Below are positions 63,241-64,000 of a stretch of 64,000 nucleotides of DNA, piece by piece (the stretch's first letter is position 1; every line of letters begins with the position of its first letter). The stretch is from contig OX597819.1 of the NCBI GenBank assembly GCA_951406725.2, forward strand, positions 108,252,001-108,316,000, written 5' to 3'. This stretch comes from Octopus vulgaris (lineage: Eukaryota). The position numbers and the translations under genes were made by a program. The notes under the pieces are model-generated. The model was given only the letters and a program-made list of their open reading frames with translations, did not search any database and was not told the DNA's origin.

Positions 63241-64000
63241 GTATTTGTAAATGAAAGACAAATGTCTCTCTGGGTAGAGAATTGATCTACCACAGGATAA
63301 CCTGATTTGCTCTAATATTTATTTTAAATATCTACAGCATCCAACCTAGAGAGAAAGACAATGGAGTGTCTGCTGTGGATGCAAACTTGCAATGTAATCT
63401 TTTCTACTCTAGGCACAAGGCCTGAAATTTGGGGGGAGGGGGCCAGTCAATTAGATCGACCACAGTACGCAACTGGTACTTAATTAATCGACCCGTAATG
63501 TCAAACAGGAGGATATTTTTTACCTCTAAACAGGTAAATAGCTTGCTTTTGTTGTTGTTACTGTTATTGTTTAACCCTTGGTCAACTCTGAGCAGACTTA
63601 TAATCAAGGGCATTCCAGTCATGATCACTTTGAGTTGCTTTCATGAATAAGGTACCTAGGACTTCTTATACAGTATGCTCTTTTTTTTTTTATAAGATGC
63701 TAGAACCTGGTTTGAGGTAAACCTACCTGCTATTTCTAAAAAAGCCCAGTAACTTCATTGGCTCAGAATGTTTTAGGTTGTAGTTTAGCCCCAGGTCAAA
63801 CCTGACTAAATAAATCTGTGACCAAAAATGTTTCAGCCATGACTGACCATCCTGTCCTTTTGTATATCTGGGATTATATTATACAATGTGTCCTTTACAT
63901 TTTAATGACAGTCGATTGTGATTTGGCAATTGTTTCTAGCAGGTCAAGCAGCTATGTAGAGTCTCTTTCATTGTCTGGAGATGTTTTTAGTAATTTAACA

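Noticed and set aside
365-63650. Most ORFs in the supplied track (poly-HT/CV/YI, poly-T/V/S/D/E; recurring FLQLDALPNANH and SSCRNSARSRL peptides)
   Set aside because: They are translations of microsatellites, low-complexity tracts or non-coding SINE/LINE tails, and many begin at non-ATG codons.

Overview
AT-rich eukaryotic (animal) genomic DNA, very dense in microsatellites and low-complexity tracts. The repeat repertoire looks like an octopus/coleoid cephalopod; this is inferred from recognised repeat families, not from a search. The window is most likely intronic or intergenic, and nearly all ORFs in the supplied track are microsatellite or repeat artefacts. Confident content: a decayed Tc1-family transposon with DD36E spacing (5490-6749), a CR1-type RT fragment (15.6-16.6 kb, -), and many 5'-truncated RTE-type LINE ends with (GAT)n tails plus an RT-core fragment. 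Also present are three tRNA-derived SINE families (including a head-to-tail array at 32-35 kb), hAT-type and TTAA/piggyBac-type MITEs, and an abundant (AAC)n-tailed repeat. The most interesting signal is a set of about seven type-I hammerhead-ribozyme motifs of the Penelope-like-element kind, from about five sequence families. One has an intact core (54171-54223), two form an inverted pair (33.9-34.1 kb), and others carry non-canonical cores (CUGUAGA; inferred CCGACGA). No protein-coding host gene can be named. A few unique islands (26.5, 31, 45.3-46, 60.3 kb) may hold exons or regulatory DNA. No rRNA, true tRNA or CRISPR was seen.
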